Shown here in pieces: positions 1 through 9,159 of a DNA stretch of 60,520 nt. A program made the translations under genes and the position numbers. A model generated the notes under the pieces. That model was not told the origin of the DNA and made no database searches. It was given only the letters and a program-made list of their open reading frames with translations. Each line of letters opens with the position of its first letter. The stretch's first letter is position 1. Source of the DNA: Nanobdellota archaeon (GTDB taxonomy: Archaea > Nanobdellota > Nanobdellia > Woesearchaeales > UBA583); the NCBI GenBank assembly GCA_048625195.1, contig JBMCRE010000005.1:1-60520 (forward strand), written 5' to 3'.

Positions 1-248
1 AATTTCTCTTTAGTTTTTAAATACATATGTATTTCTAGACCTATTTTTATTTTTCCCATAAAATACTAAAGTGTAAATAATTTATATATCTTGTGATTGA
101 ATAATTACACTATTTTATCTTTTAGATAGTTTTTATAAATATTTATTATTGGATTTATTAGATATTATATATTATTTATAATATGCTACAAGTAAAAAAG
201 TTAAAAAAAATTCAACAGATATTTAAATAATTAAATATTAAATATTGT

Positions 249-1637
249 ATGTCTAAAATTGAAAAATATTTTAAAAAAATTGATGAACAAACAAATTTTG
301 CATATCAAGCTGCTAAGTCCTCAAAATTAAAAGGTTTTGACAATAGTTTATGTGTTGAAATAGGTATTACTAAAGATATTTCTCAAAGAGTTGAAACACT
401 TGTTAGTATTCTTGCTCCACAAGTTTTAGACTCTAGTATTGCAAAAAGAGTTATAGAGTTAGAAAAAAAATATGGAAAACTCGACTGGAGAATTGCTTTT
501 GAAATTGGATATGAAGTTGCAACTGAAAAATTTTGTAAATTTAAAGATAAAAAAGAAGCTATGGAAATTGGAATTCGAATTGGTTTTGCTTATTTAACTT
601 TAGGTGTTGTTTCTGCTCCTATTGAAGGTTTTATTAATTTAGACATTAAAAAAAGATTTGACAATCAAGAATATATTGCTATAAATTACGCAGGACCAAT
701 TAGAGCTGCAGGAGGAACTGCCGGAGCTGTTAGTGTATTATTATGTGATTTTATCAGAAATAAAATGGGATATGCCAATTATGATCCTAACATTCAAGAA
801 CTTAAGAGATATTTTATTGAAATCAAAGATTATAATGATAGGTGTGTAAAATTACAATATATGCCTACTCAAAAAGAAATTGAGTTTTTAATTAAAAATA
901 TTGGTGTTGAAATATCTGGTGAATCAACTGAAAAAACTGAAGTATCAAATTACAAAGATTTAGATAGGGTTAATACAAATAGAATAAGGGGGGGAATGTG
1001 TTTAATTGTGGCAGAGTGTATCATTCAAAAAGCTCCTAAAATTTATAAAAGAATTAATGAATGGGGTAGTGATTTTTCAATGCAAAAATGGTTATTTTTA
1101 AAAGATTTTCTAAATTTGCAAAAAAAAATAAAGTCAGAATCCAATAATTCTTTAAATATAAATACTTTAGAGAAATTTAATAAAATATTACCTAATTACA
1201 ATATATTAAAAGATGTTATTGCAGGTAGGCCAGTTTTTTCATTTCCGATGAAAAAAGGAGGGTTTAGATTAAGGTATGGGAGAAATAGAGTTTCTGGATT
1301 TGCATCATCGAGTATTTCTAGTGCAACTTATGAAATTTTAGATAACTTTATAGGAGTTGGAACTCAACTTAGAATTGAAAGACCTGGAAAATCTACAATT
1401 ATAACGCCTTGTGATACTATAGAAGGACCAATTGTTAAATTGAAAAATGATGATGTTGTAAAACTTAATAAAAAAGATGATGCTATAAAATTAAAATCTG
1501 AAATAAAAGAAATCTTACATCTTGGTGATATTTTGCTTAATTATGGTGATTTTTATGAAAATAATCATATTCTTGTTCCAAATGGTTATTGTGAAGAAGA
1601 ATGGGTTTTAGAATTACTTAATAATATTAATAATTAA
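249..1637 (+). CDS. polD2: DNA polymerase D large subunit DP2, N-terminal portion only (462 aa; split or truncated)
   Basis: DP2 motifs GVVSAPIEG, YAGPIRAAGGTA, RIRGGMCL, GRPVFS, GFRLRYGR, GTQLRIERPGK, LGDILLNYGDFYENNH, GYCEEEW. It stops at about 40% of normal DP2 length, with no continuation in other frames. Confidence 0.9.
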   Translation: MSKIEKYFKKIDEQTNFAYQAAKSSKLKGFDNSLCVEIGITKDISQRVETLVSILAPQVLDSSIAKRVIELEKKYGKLDWRIAFEIGYEVATEKFCKFKDKKEAMEIGIRIGFAYLTLGVVSAPIEGFINLDIKKRFDNQEYIAINYAGPIRAAGGTAGAVSVLLCDFIRNKMGYANYDPNIQELKRYFIEIKDYNDRCVKLQYMPTQKEIEFLIKNIGVEISGESTEKTEVSNYKDLDRVNTNRIRGGMCLIVAECIIQKAPKIYKRINEWGSDFSMQKWLFLKDFLNLQKKIKSESNNSLNINTLEKFNKILPNYNILKDVIAGRPVFSFPMKKGGFRLRYGRNRVSGFASSSISSATYEILDNFIGVGTQLRIERPGKSTIITPCDTIEGPIVKLKNDDVVKLNKKDDAIKLKSEIKEILHLGDILLNYGDFYENNHILVPNGYCEEEWVLELLNNINN

Positions 1638-1644
1638 ATCCATG

Positions 1645-1827
1645 TTAAATATCTTTTGCATTGTCTATAGAAATTTGACTAACATTATTCATAACTTCTG
1701 AATTAGGCAAATAATGATTTAAAAAAAAAAATATCATAAATAATAAAACAATTATTGCTATAATATATGTAATTATTTTTGTTAATGTTAATTCGACACC
1801 TTTTTTATTATTTATAATATAGTTCAT
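1645..1827 (-). CDS. small pilin-like protein with archaeal class III signal peptide
   Basis: Basic N-terminus NNKKG|VELTL followed by a long hydrophobic helix, typical of archaeal prepilins. Confidence 0.6.
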   Translation of the reverse strand: MNYIINNKKGVELTLTKIITYIIAIIVLLFMIFFFLNHYLPNSEVMNNVSQISIDNAKDI

Positions 1828-1830
1828 ATT

Positions 1831-3231
1831 CTAATTGCCAATACTTGTGAGTATATTTTTGAATAAATGAAACGCTAATTGGTCATCATTTTCTACTTGA
1901 TTTATTTTCTTAGAAACGATTTCAATTTTTTTACCATTACATCGAACTTCTGTATTAGCATTTATAGTACTTTGTGGATTATATTTTTTTAGTGTTTTTG
2001 TACATAAATTAGTATTAAAATCACCTCCAAATGCTGATAAATCTATAATATATAATGGTTTTAATTCTTCTTTGTAAGTATCTATTCCAGTTAAGCTTAG
2101 TGATTTGTCATAACCATATAATTGTATAATTTCGTTTGTATTATCTTTAAGGGTTTGTTTTAGTAAAATGACTCTTGATAAATCATCTATTTTGCTTATA
2201 TCAAAAATTGTTGTGATATCTTTATCTAATACCTCATTAGAATTTGTTAAACTATAAAATGCATCATAATTATCGTATTCAAAGAAAAATGTATCTTGAC
2301 TTTTATTTGAATAAAATTCGTATCTGCCTACATTGTAATCAATATCATGATAAACTGTATATACTGAGGCAGAATTTTTTCCACTTCCTGTTTCTCTAAC
2401 ATATTCAAAATCACTAGTACTAGGAAAGCCTGAAGTATTAATCAAAAAATGCATCGTCTCTTCGTGGCTTTTTTTAACATAATTGTGTGTTGCACCACTT
2501 AACGGCCCTCCTCCTTTACCAGAATTTTCTATAGGTATTTTATTATATGGAACATATACAGTAGAAATATATGTATTATGTGTAATATTATGAGAACCTA
2601 CTTGTGAATTAAAATCTAACTGATTTAAAACTGGGCCTATACGTGTTGTGGAATTGAAATAATATTTAGAATCTTCATCTATAAGATTATTTCCAACATC
2701 AAATCCATATAAAATTGTGTTATTCTCTGTAATATTCTTGTTAATAACTGCACATGCCTTGTATGTATTTATTTGATTAATGATGTAGTCATAATTAGTA
2801 TCTTGGTGATTTAAATTACTACCGTCGTTACAATAAATGATTAAATTATGATCTTTCCATGAGGATGGTATCTTGATTCTCTTTAAAATATCTTTTGCAG
2901 TTTTACAATAATATAGTTTAAATGTTTTATTATATAAACTATCACCTGGAGATGCATCATTAATAACTCTAACTTTATATTGTCCTCCAATCATACAAAA
3001 TGGTTCAGATGGATTTTCTCCATCATACTCATTTAAAAGTTTAAATTTATCACCAACACTTGTCTCAGTTTGACTTGAAGTTACTTCACTATTATAATCT
3101 GCTTGAGAATCTTGTACTGATGTTCCAAATGGACTTATAATAGTATGTTCTAATAATCCTCCAATAGAGAGGTTAAAAAGAAATATTATTGATGCTAGTG
3201 TCACTAAAAATGTTAAAAATAATTTTTTCAT
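1831..3231 (-). CDS. secreted/membrane-anchored hypothetical protein (466 aa)
   Basis: N-terminal hydrophobic signal/anchor; Asn/Ser/Thr-rich polar body; 3 nt upstream of the pilin-like gene. Confidence 0.6.
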   Translation of the reverse strand: MKKLFLTFLVTLASIIFLFNLSIGGLLEHTIISPFGTSVQDSQADYNSEVTSSQTETSVGDKFKLLNEYDGENPSEPFCMIGGQYKVRVINDASPGDSLYNKTFKLYYCKTAKDILKRIKIPSSWKDHNLIIYCNDGSNLNHQDTNYDYIINQINTYKACAVINKNITENNTILYGFDVGNNLIDEDSKYYFNSTTRIGPVLNQLDFNSQVGSHNITHNTYISTVYVPYNKIPIENSGKGGGPLSGATHNYVKKSHEETMHFLINTSGFPSTSDFEYVRETGSGKNSASVYTVYHDIDYNVGRYEFYSNKSQDTFFFEYDNYDAFYSLTNSNEVLDKDITTIFDISKIDDLSRVILLKQTLKDNTNEIIQLYGYDKSLSLTGIDTYKEELKPLYIIDLSAFGGDFNTNLCTKTLKKYNPQSTINANTEVRCNGKKIEIVSKKINQVENDDQLAFHLFKNILTSIGN

Positions 3232-3396
3232 ATTTTATTATTACAAGAGCCAGTATTTAAAATGATTTAATTACTGTTTAGTTAATATCTTGAGTTATAT
3301 TAATCAAAAATTAAATACATACTACTAAGTAATTTTATGTGGTCTTATATAATAATTTTTAATAAAATTTATTAATTCTAGAAATTTTATGTTTAT

Positions 3397-4509
3397 ATGG
3401 ACACTATTGTATTGCAAAATATTAAACCAGAATATTTTGTAAAAGAATTGAAAATGTTAAAAATAACATCCGAAATGAATTTTTTAGTAACAGATGGGCT
3501 TGCTAAAAATATTAATATCTTAATCTATTACTTAAAAAATCAAAAAGTTAAAAAAATTATTTTCCATAAAGAAAATGAAAACTTAGATGTTTTATGTTAT
3601 AGAGTTTTTTCGATATATCTTGAAAAATGGTACTTAACAATAAGCAAAGATATAGAAATCTTATTTTGTGGCTATTTAGATGAAGATTTACAAATGTTAC
3701 TTAAAAAAAGATTTTACCTTAATTATTGTAGTAATATGAATATAAAACCTAAGTGGCATAAATATGCCCTAAAAAAAGAGATGTCAAAAATAAAGACTAA
3801 TAAACATTTATTAAAGTATGATATTTTTGCAACATTAGTAAAAGAATTTAAAAATTTTCCTTTTTCATTTTTTAATATTCCAAATCAAGAGAACTATGAT
3901 AGATTTGTTTTTTATTTTTATATGTATGATGAAAACCAAAAAAATGAAATAATTAATCTTTTAAATAAATTAAATCTTACAAAATATAAAAAAATTGTTA
4001 GTTTAATAAAAACAAATAAAATAAATGAAGAAGTTTATGGATATGCCTTAGGTTTTGTATATAAAAATAATAAATTAAAAAGATTAACTTTGTATAGTAA
4101 ATTTACTGACAAATATATACTTCAAAATAAACCTTATAACTTCTTATTAGAAAAACACAATTTGAAAATTGATCCTAGTAAAAAATTATTAAGATATTAT
4201 GCATATGATATTTATTTGGAAAATGATATGATAGAGATAAAAGTATACTTTGAGCAATATACTTTTGATATAGAAATCTTAAATAAAACACTTAATACTA
4301 TATTATATAATAAAAGCTGTGTAAGAGTAGAAAAATATAGAAATAATATACAAGTCAATGAAAAATTTGAGTTTGAATTTAATGTGGGATTTAACACTAA
4401 AGAGTTGAAGCATTTAAAAAAATTAGGACTCTATGATGAAAAATATAAAGTTCTTGCAATTTATTTGAAAAAAAATAAAATTGTAGATAAAGTTCTATAT
4501 GAACTTTAA
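3397..4509 (+). CDS. hypothetical protein (370 aa); C-terminal part has beta-hairpin/helix periodicity resembling an ABBA PT-barrel
   Basis: Long ORF with no recognised family motif; the fold suggestion comes from sequence pattern only. Confidence 0.5.
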   Translation: MDTIVLQNIKPEYFVKELKMLKITSEMNFLVTDGLAKNINILIYYLKNQKVKKIIFHKENENLDVLCYRVFSIYLEKWYLTISKDIEILFCGYLDEDLQMLLKKRFYLNYCSNMNIKPKWHKYALKKEMSKIKTNKHLLKYDIFATLVKEFKNFPFSFFNIPNQENYDRFVFYFYMYDENQKNEIINLLNKLNLTKYKKIVSLIKTNKINEEVYGYALGFVYKNNKLKRLTLYSKFTDKYILQNKPYNFLLEKHNLKIDPSKKLLRYYAYDIYLENDMIEIKVYFEQYTFDIEILNKTLNTILYNKSCVRVEKYRNNIQVNEKFEFEFNVGFNTKELKHLKKLGLYDEKYKVLAIYLKKNKIVDKVLYEL

Positions 4510-4940
4510 TTTTCTTTTTCTTTTAATTCTCTAAGTACTGCCTCTGGTACAACATAGTCTTGGTCTTTCAAATCAATACCTGAACCTCCTCCTCCGTTTC
4601 CAGTAACAGAATTACCACTACCATCTGTATGATTATAATGATTAGCATGCCATGTTTCAATTGATTTACTTTCTACTTTATGAGTAATATTATCTGTTGG
4701 ATTTGTTCCTGCATGAATTCCAGTTCCACCATGAAGAGGGGCATTTACATCATTTTGATGATTAGTATGATTGCCATGGCCTTTTGCATTTGCATCTTGA
4801 GTGTTAGCTAATGCACTAATAGCTAAAAATGATGCTGTAATTGCAATTTTTGTAGCAGCTTTGTCCATAACTTTTGCATCTTCTTCTAAAATAAAAGATT
4901 TTAAATTTTTTTTAGGCTTTGGAAGATTATCTTTTAACAT
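4506..4940 (-). CDS. His-Xaa-Asn repeat protein, putative RiPP precursor (His-Xaa-Ser repeat HxsA-like)
   Basis: Basic leader, hydrophobic segment ending ANA, then HGN-HTN-HQN and HAN-HYN-HTD triplets and a Gly-rich tail. Confidence 0.65.
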   Translation of the reverse strand: MLKDNLPKPKKNLKSFILEEDAKVMDKAATKIAITASFLAISALANTQDANAKGHGNHTNHQNDVNAPLHGGTGIHAGTNPTDNITHKVESKSIETWHANHYNHTDGSGNSVTGNGGGGSGIDLKDQDYVVPEAVLRELKEKEN

Positions 4941-5132
4941 ATATAGTTTAAAAAAAACTTTTGTTTATATATTTTTTTATTTTTTTTAAATAGTAAATCT
5001 ATTTAATGTTTATTTTTAAATATATTGAATTATATTTGATTGAATAATAATTAAGAAACAACCAAAAAAATTTATAAAGAGACAATAACCTCTATTAAAT
5101 TATAAAATAATTTTTAATTATTAATTTATAAT

Positions 5133-5215
5133 GCCAAGATCGCATAACTCGGTATTGCGCTACACTGCTAATGTAGTTCCTTATGGAATTCTGGGTTCAA
5201 ATCCCAGTCTTGGCG
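5133..5215 (+). tRNA. tRNA-Ser(GCT)
   Basis: Acceptor GCCAAGA/TCTTGGC, anticodon arm CTACA-CTGCTAA-TGTAG, long variable arm TTCC-TTAT-GGAA, T arm CTGGG-TTCAAAT-CCCAG, discriminator G. Confidence 0.95.
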
Positions 5216-5310
5216 TTCGTTTCACTCACTTCAATTCTGTTATTTTCACCATTGTGCATTCACTCATTTCATTCGTTCTAGCAAATTGTGAGACTCCGCT
5301 TACACAATTC

Positions 5311-5331
5311 TTCAAATCCCTGTCTTGGCGT
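5311..5331 (+). repeat. second copy of the tRNA-Ser 3' end (att-like direct repeat)
   Basis: TTCAAATCCCTGTCTTGGCGT versus TTCAAATCCCAGTCTTGGCGT at 5196-5216; 20/21 identical. Confidence 0.8.
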
Positions 5332-5517
5332 CTCTAGGGGGCAAATTTGCCTCATTACAAATTTCTAACCAACAGTAAATTCCTCAAAATGCAAGAAAAA
5401 GTATATACTTAAAAAAATGCCAAAGAAAAAAATCACAAAAAAAAAATTTAATCACTCTTGACTTAAATAAAAAGAAATAAAACATTATAAATCACCATAA
5501 GGTATATTAATACATAG

Positions 5518-6759
5518 TTAAAGATGTCCTCTAATTCTTTCTGCTTCAAGTATTCTTTCTGCAGCATAGATATAACTTGAAGCTCTAAATGAAACTTTAT
5601 TTTTTATATTAAATTTTAATAAGTTATTATATGCCTTTAAAATTTTCTCTTTTAATTTTATATTGACCTCTTCTTTTTCCCAATAATAATTTTGAATATT
5701 TTGTATCCATTCAAAGTAGCTAACAATAACTCCTCCTGAGTTTGCTAAAATATCTGGAATTATTTCAATTTTTTTATCATTTAGAATCTGATCTGCTATA
5801 GTTGAAATTGGACTATTTGCTACTTCAATAATATATTTAGCTTTGATGTTTGAAGCATTTTTAGAAGTTATTACATTACCTAAGGCTGCAGGTATTAAAA
5901 TATCAATATCTAATTCTAATAGATCTTGATTAGATATTTTTTTTGCATCATAATGAATAAAACTTTTTTTTGTTTTTTTAAATTCAATTAATTTTTTAAC
6001 ATTAAATCCATCTTCTTTATAAATTCCTGTTTGAGAATCGGATAAGGCAACTATTTTAAATCCTAATTCATATAACATTAAAGCAAGATGTGAACCTGCA
6101 TTCCCAAAACCTTGCAAAGCAATTTTAATTTTTGATTTATCTGTATTTTTAAATTTTTCTTCAATTATATAAAATGCACCTTTTGCAGTTGCCTCATCTC
6201 TACCTAAACTCCCTCCTATTAGAAGAGGTTTCCCAGTAAATGCACCTGGATTTTTTTGGTTTGTAAGTTTTTCATATTCATCCATCATCCATGCCATAAT
6301 TTTTGGATTGGTATTAACATCTGGTGCTGGAATATCTTTTTGTGGGCCTAAAAAATTATATATCTCGCGAACATAACCTCTAGATACTCTTTCTAATTCA
6401 CCTTCTGATAAATTTTTGGGGTTGATTTTAACTCCGCCTTTTGCGCCTCCATAAGGAAGATTGACCAATGAAGTTTTTAATGACATTAAAAATGCTAATT
6501 CTGCTATCTCTTTAGAATTCACATCCTGATGAAATCTTATCCCACCTTTTGTTGGACCAAGAGCATCATTATAATGAATTCTTACTGCATTAATCATCTG
6601 AATTTGGCCATTATCCATTCTAATAGGATAATTAATATTTAAAATTCTTTTAGGATTTTCAAGTATAAATAATTCTTTTGAATTAAGACCTTCAACTTGT
6701 TTGATAATTTCAAGTTTTTCTTTACAACTTTTAGATATTATTATTTTTTCATTTTCCAT
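5518..6759 (-). CDS. gdhA: glutamate dehydrogenase (Glu/Leu/Phe/Val family)
   Basis: ALGPTKGGIRFH, PYGGAKGG, DIPAPDVNT, TGKP, QGFGNAG, PDILANSGGVIVSYFEW. Confidence 0.95.
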   Translation of the reverse strand: MENEKIIISKSCKEKLEIIKQVEGLNSKELFILENPKRILNINYPIRMDNGQIQMINAVRIHYNDALGPTKGGIRFHQDVNSKEIAELAFLMSLKTSLVNLPYGGAKGGVKINPKNLSEGELERVSRGYVREIYNFLGPQKDIPAPDVNTNPKIMAWMMDEYEKLTNQKNPGAFTGKPLLIGGSLGRDEATAKGAFYIIEEKFKNTDKSKIKIALQGFGNAGSHLALMLYELGFKIVALSDSQTGIYKEDGFNVKKLIEFKKTKKSFIHYDAKKISNQDLLELDIDILIPAALGNVITSKNASNIKAKYIIEVANSPISTIADQILNDKKIEIIPDILANSGGVIVSYFEWIQNIQNYYWEKEEVNIKLKEKILKAYNNLLKFNIKNKVSFRASSYIYAAERILEAERIRGHL

Positions 6760-6988
6760 TTTTTTCGATATTATTATTTTTTTCTTTTGAATTACTTTTA
6801 TTTTTTCTATTTAAATCTTTACGAAAATCTATCTTTTTTAAATATATTGAAATTAATAGCCAAAAAAGGTAATTTTAAATAAAATATTGCAAGTTTTATT
6901 CTATTATAATAATTAATAAAATTAATATTTTTTATAAATTATTCTAAGAGTGCAAAATTTTATAAAATAACTTTATATACATTAATTT

Positions 6989-8824
6989 ATGGTTAAAAAA
7001 AATAAGAATAATGACAAAAAAAAAGATAGTGTTGATATATTTGAGCAAGAAATTTCAATGCTTTCTGAGGATTATAAAAATAAACTTTTGTCAATTAAAC
7101 CTCAAATTGTAGAATTAGTAGATTTAATAGAAAAGGTATCTATGGGTAAATCTATCGGATTTTATATTAGTATAGAAATGGAGATGAAAAATAGTACTCC
7201 TGTACCTAATTTTGATAAATTAACATTAAATTTTTTGCTTGATGATTATGAAAATCCTATTGGACAATTTAATCCTAAAATTTTATTAGGAAATAAATTT
7301 GATGATTATCTAGAAGAAGAAATAAAAAAAAGTGATGATGGAGAAGAATATTATATTTATAGATTAAAAAATAATAGTAATATTAAATTTGCTGGTACTA
7401 ACATAACTCAAGTAAGAGAAAATTGTTTTGATGCAATTTATGATGATATACAAAAATTAGGTTCTTCATTTATTTTTAGAGATAATAGAGGTTTTATTTC
7501 AGCATTAAAATCTATTGATATACATAGAAATATGCTTTTACAAAAATTTGAAAAATATGTTGTAGTGTATGCTGGTGCTGGTTCTTGGCTTAGAGGAGAA
7601 AAATCTAATGATTTTGATGTTTTTATTGTTGTTGATGATACAGATGTAAAAAGGATGCCAAGAGCTCAAGTTAAGGAACAACTTTCTAAAATTGTTTGGA
7701 AAATGGCCGGAGAAGTTGCACAACTAACAAAAATACAACTTCATTGTCAAATTTATTTGCTAACTGATTTTTGGGAAGCATTAAAAGATGCTCACCCTGT
7801 TATGTTTACATTTTTAAGAGATGGAGTACCTTTTTATGATAGAGGAATTTATAGTGCCTGGACAGAATTATTGAAATTAGGTAAAATTAGACCTTCTTCT
7901 GAGGCAATAGATATGCATATGAATGTTGGTACTCAACTAATTGATAGGGCTAAAAAAATGTTTACAGAAATTGTTGCAAATGATATATATCATGCAGTTC
8001 TAAATCCGGCACAGGCAATTTTGATGTTAAAAGGATATAATCCTACTACTCCTAAAGAAACAGTTAATATGTTTAAAGATGTTTTACTGGGAAAAGAAAA
8101 ATGTATTACTAAAGAAGAGCTTAAAACTTTAGAAAATACCGTTAAAATGTTTAAAAAAATAGAACATGATAGAGAAGACACAAAAATTACTGGCGCAGAT
8201 ATTGATAATATGATTAGAGATGCAGATAATTTTTTGAAAAAAATGAAAAAAATGTTTGAAGAAATTACCGATAATAAAACAAAAGAATCTATTTTATCTA
8301 CATATAGTGAAATATTAAATCAGATGAGTTCTTTACCACAATTAAATGATTTGGATGAAAAAGATGTTTTTAAAAAATTTGAAACTAAATATATTAATAC
8401 TGGAAAAATTCCTTCTTTTACTAAAGCTTCAATTAAATCTTTATTGAAAGCTAAAAAAGATTATGAGAAAGGAAACCTTAGTGTAACTGAAGTAAATAAA
8501 GTTTTAAAAGAGATAAGAACTGTTTTAACTGAAATAAAAGATTACAAAAGTAAAAGTTTAGTTGATACTTATTTGAAAGATAAAAAAATATTAATTAATT
8601 ATAATGATAATAAAAGTGCACAATTAATTAATTATAATGATAATATTTATTTGATGGATTTGGAAAAAGATGATTTGTATAAGTTAAATAATGATAAATT
8701 TGAAAAAATCCAATATGATGAAAAAGAGTTTTTAGATCCTAAAGAATATAAAAATATTAAATTTGATGAAAGCTTAATAGGAAAAGTTAAAGAAATTTTA
8801 AAAACAAAAGAAATATATTTATGA
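6989..8824 (+). CDS. nucleotidyltransferase (MNT-like) plus HEPN-like multidomain protein
   Basis: GSWLRGEKSNDFDVFIVVDD pol-beta NTase motif; helical C-terminal region YHAVLNPAQAILMLKG resembles HEPN. Confidence 0.7.
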   Translation: MVKKNKNNDKKKDSVDIFEQEISMLSEDYKNKLLSIKPQIVELVDLIEKVSMGKSIGFYISIEMEMKNSTPVPNFDKLTLNFLLDDYENPIGQFNPKILLGNKFDDYLEEEIKKSDDGEEYYIYRLKNNSNIKFAGTNITQVRENCFDAIYDDIQKLGSSFIFRDNRGFISALKSIDIHRNMLLQKFEKYVVVYAGAGSWLRGEKSNDFDVFIVVDDTDVKRMPRAQVKEQLSKIVWKMAGEVAQLTKIQLHCQIYLLTDFWEALKDAHPVMFTFLRDGVPFYDRGIYSAWTELLKLGKIRPSSEAIDMHMNVGTQLIDRAKKMFTEIVANDIYHAVLNPAQAILMLKGYNPTTPKETVNMFKDVLLGKEKCITKEELKTLENTVKMFKKIEHDREDTKITGADIDNMIRDADNFLKKMKKMFEEITDNKTKESILSTYSEILNQMSSLPQLNDLDEKDVFKKFETKYINTGKIPSFTKASIKSLLKAKKDYEKGNLSVTEVNKVLKEIRTVLTEIKDYKSKSLVDTYLKDKKILINYNDNKSAQLINYNDNIYLMDLEKDDLYKLNNDKFEKIQYDEKEFLDPKEYKNIKFDESLIGKVKEILKTKEIYL

Positions 8825-8900
8825 TTTTTTTGTTTTTATGTTTTAAATCTTTGAAGTAAATATTGATTTATTATTTCTAAGAAAATATAAATTATAAATA

Positions 8901-8972
8901 AGCTATTGCCGGGAATTGAACCCGGGATCTCTTGCCTACCAAGCAAGCGTTCTACCACTAAACTACAACAGC
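8901..8972 (-). tRNA. tRNA-Thr(GGT)
   Basis: On the reverse strand: acceptor GCTGTTG/CAATAGC, anticodon arm CTTGC-TTGGTAG-GCAAG, T arm CCGGG-TTCAATT-CCCGG. Confidence 0.95.
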
Positions 8973-9159
8973 AATTAAATATAAGTATTTTAGATTATTT
9001 ATAGATTTTTGTATTTTGTTTATTGTTGTTGTTTTATTTAACTTTTTTTATTTTATTTATTATTTTTATTTGTTTTTCTTTTATTTCTTTTTACTTTAAA
9101 TTTGTTTTCACTTTCTAATAAAAAGGAAATTTATTAATTTAGTTTTAAAAATATATTTT

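Noticed and set aside
1500-1700. Split intein or programmed frameshift explaining the short DP2
   Set aside because: There is no Cys-initiated intein N-half before the stop, and the downstream frames have no DP2-like sequence; the space is occupied by an opposite-strand gene.
5131-5337. 68-aa ORF in the supplied track
   Set aside because: It overlaps tRNA-Ser entirely and is a by-product of the GC-rich RNA gene.
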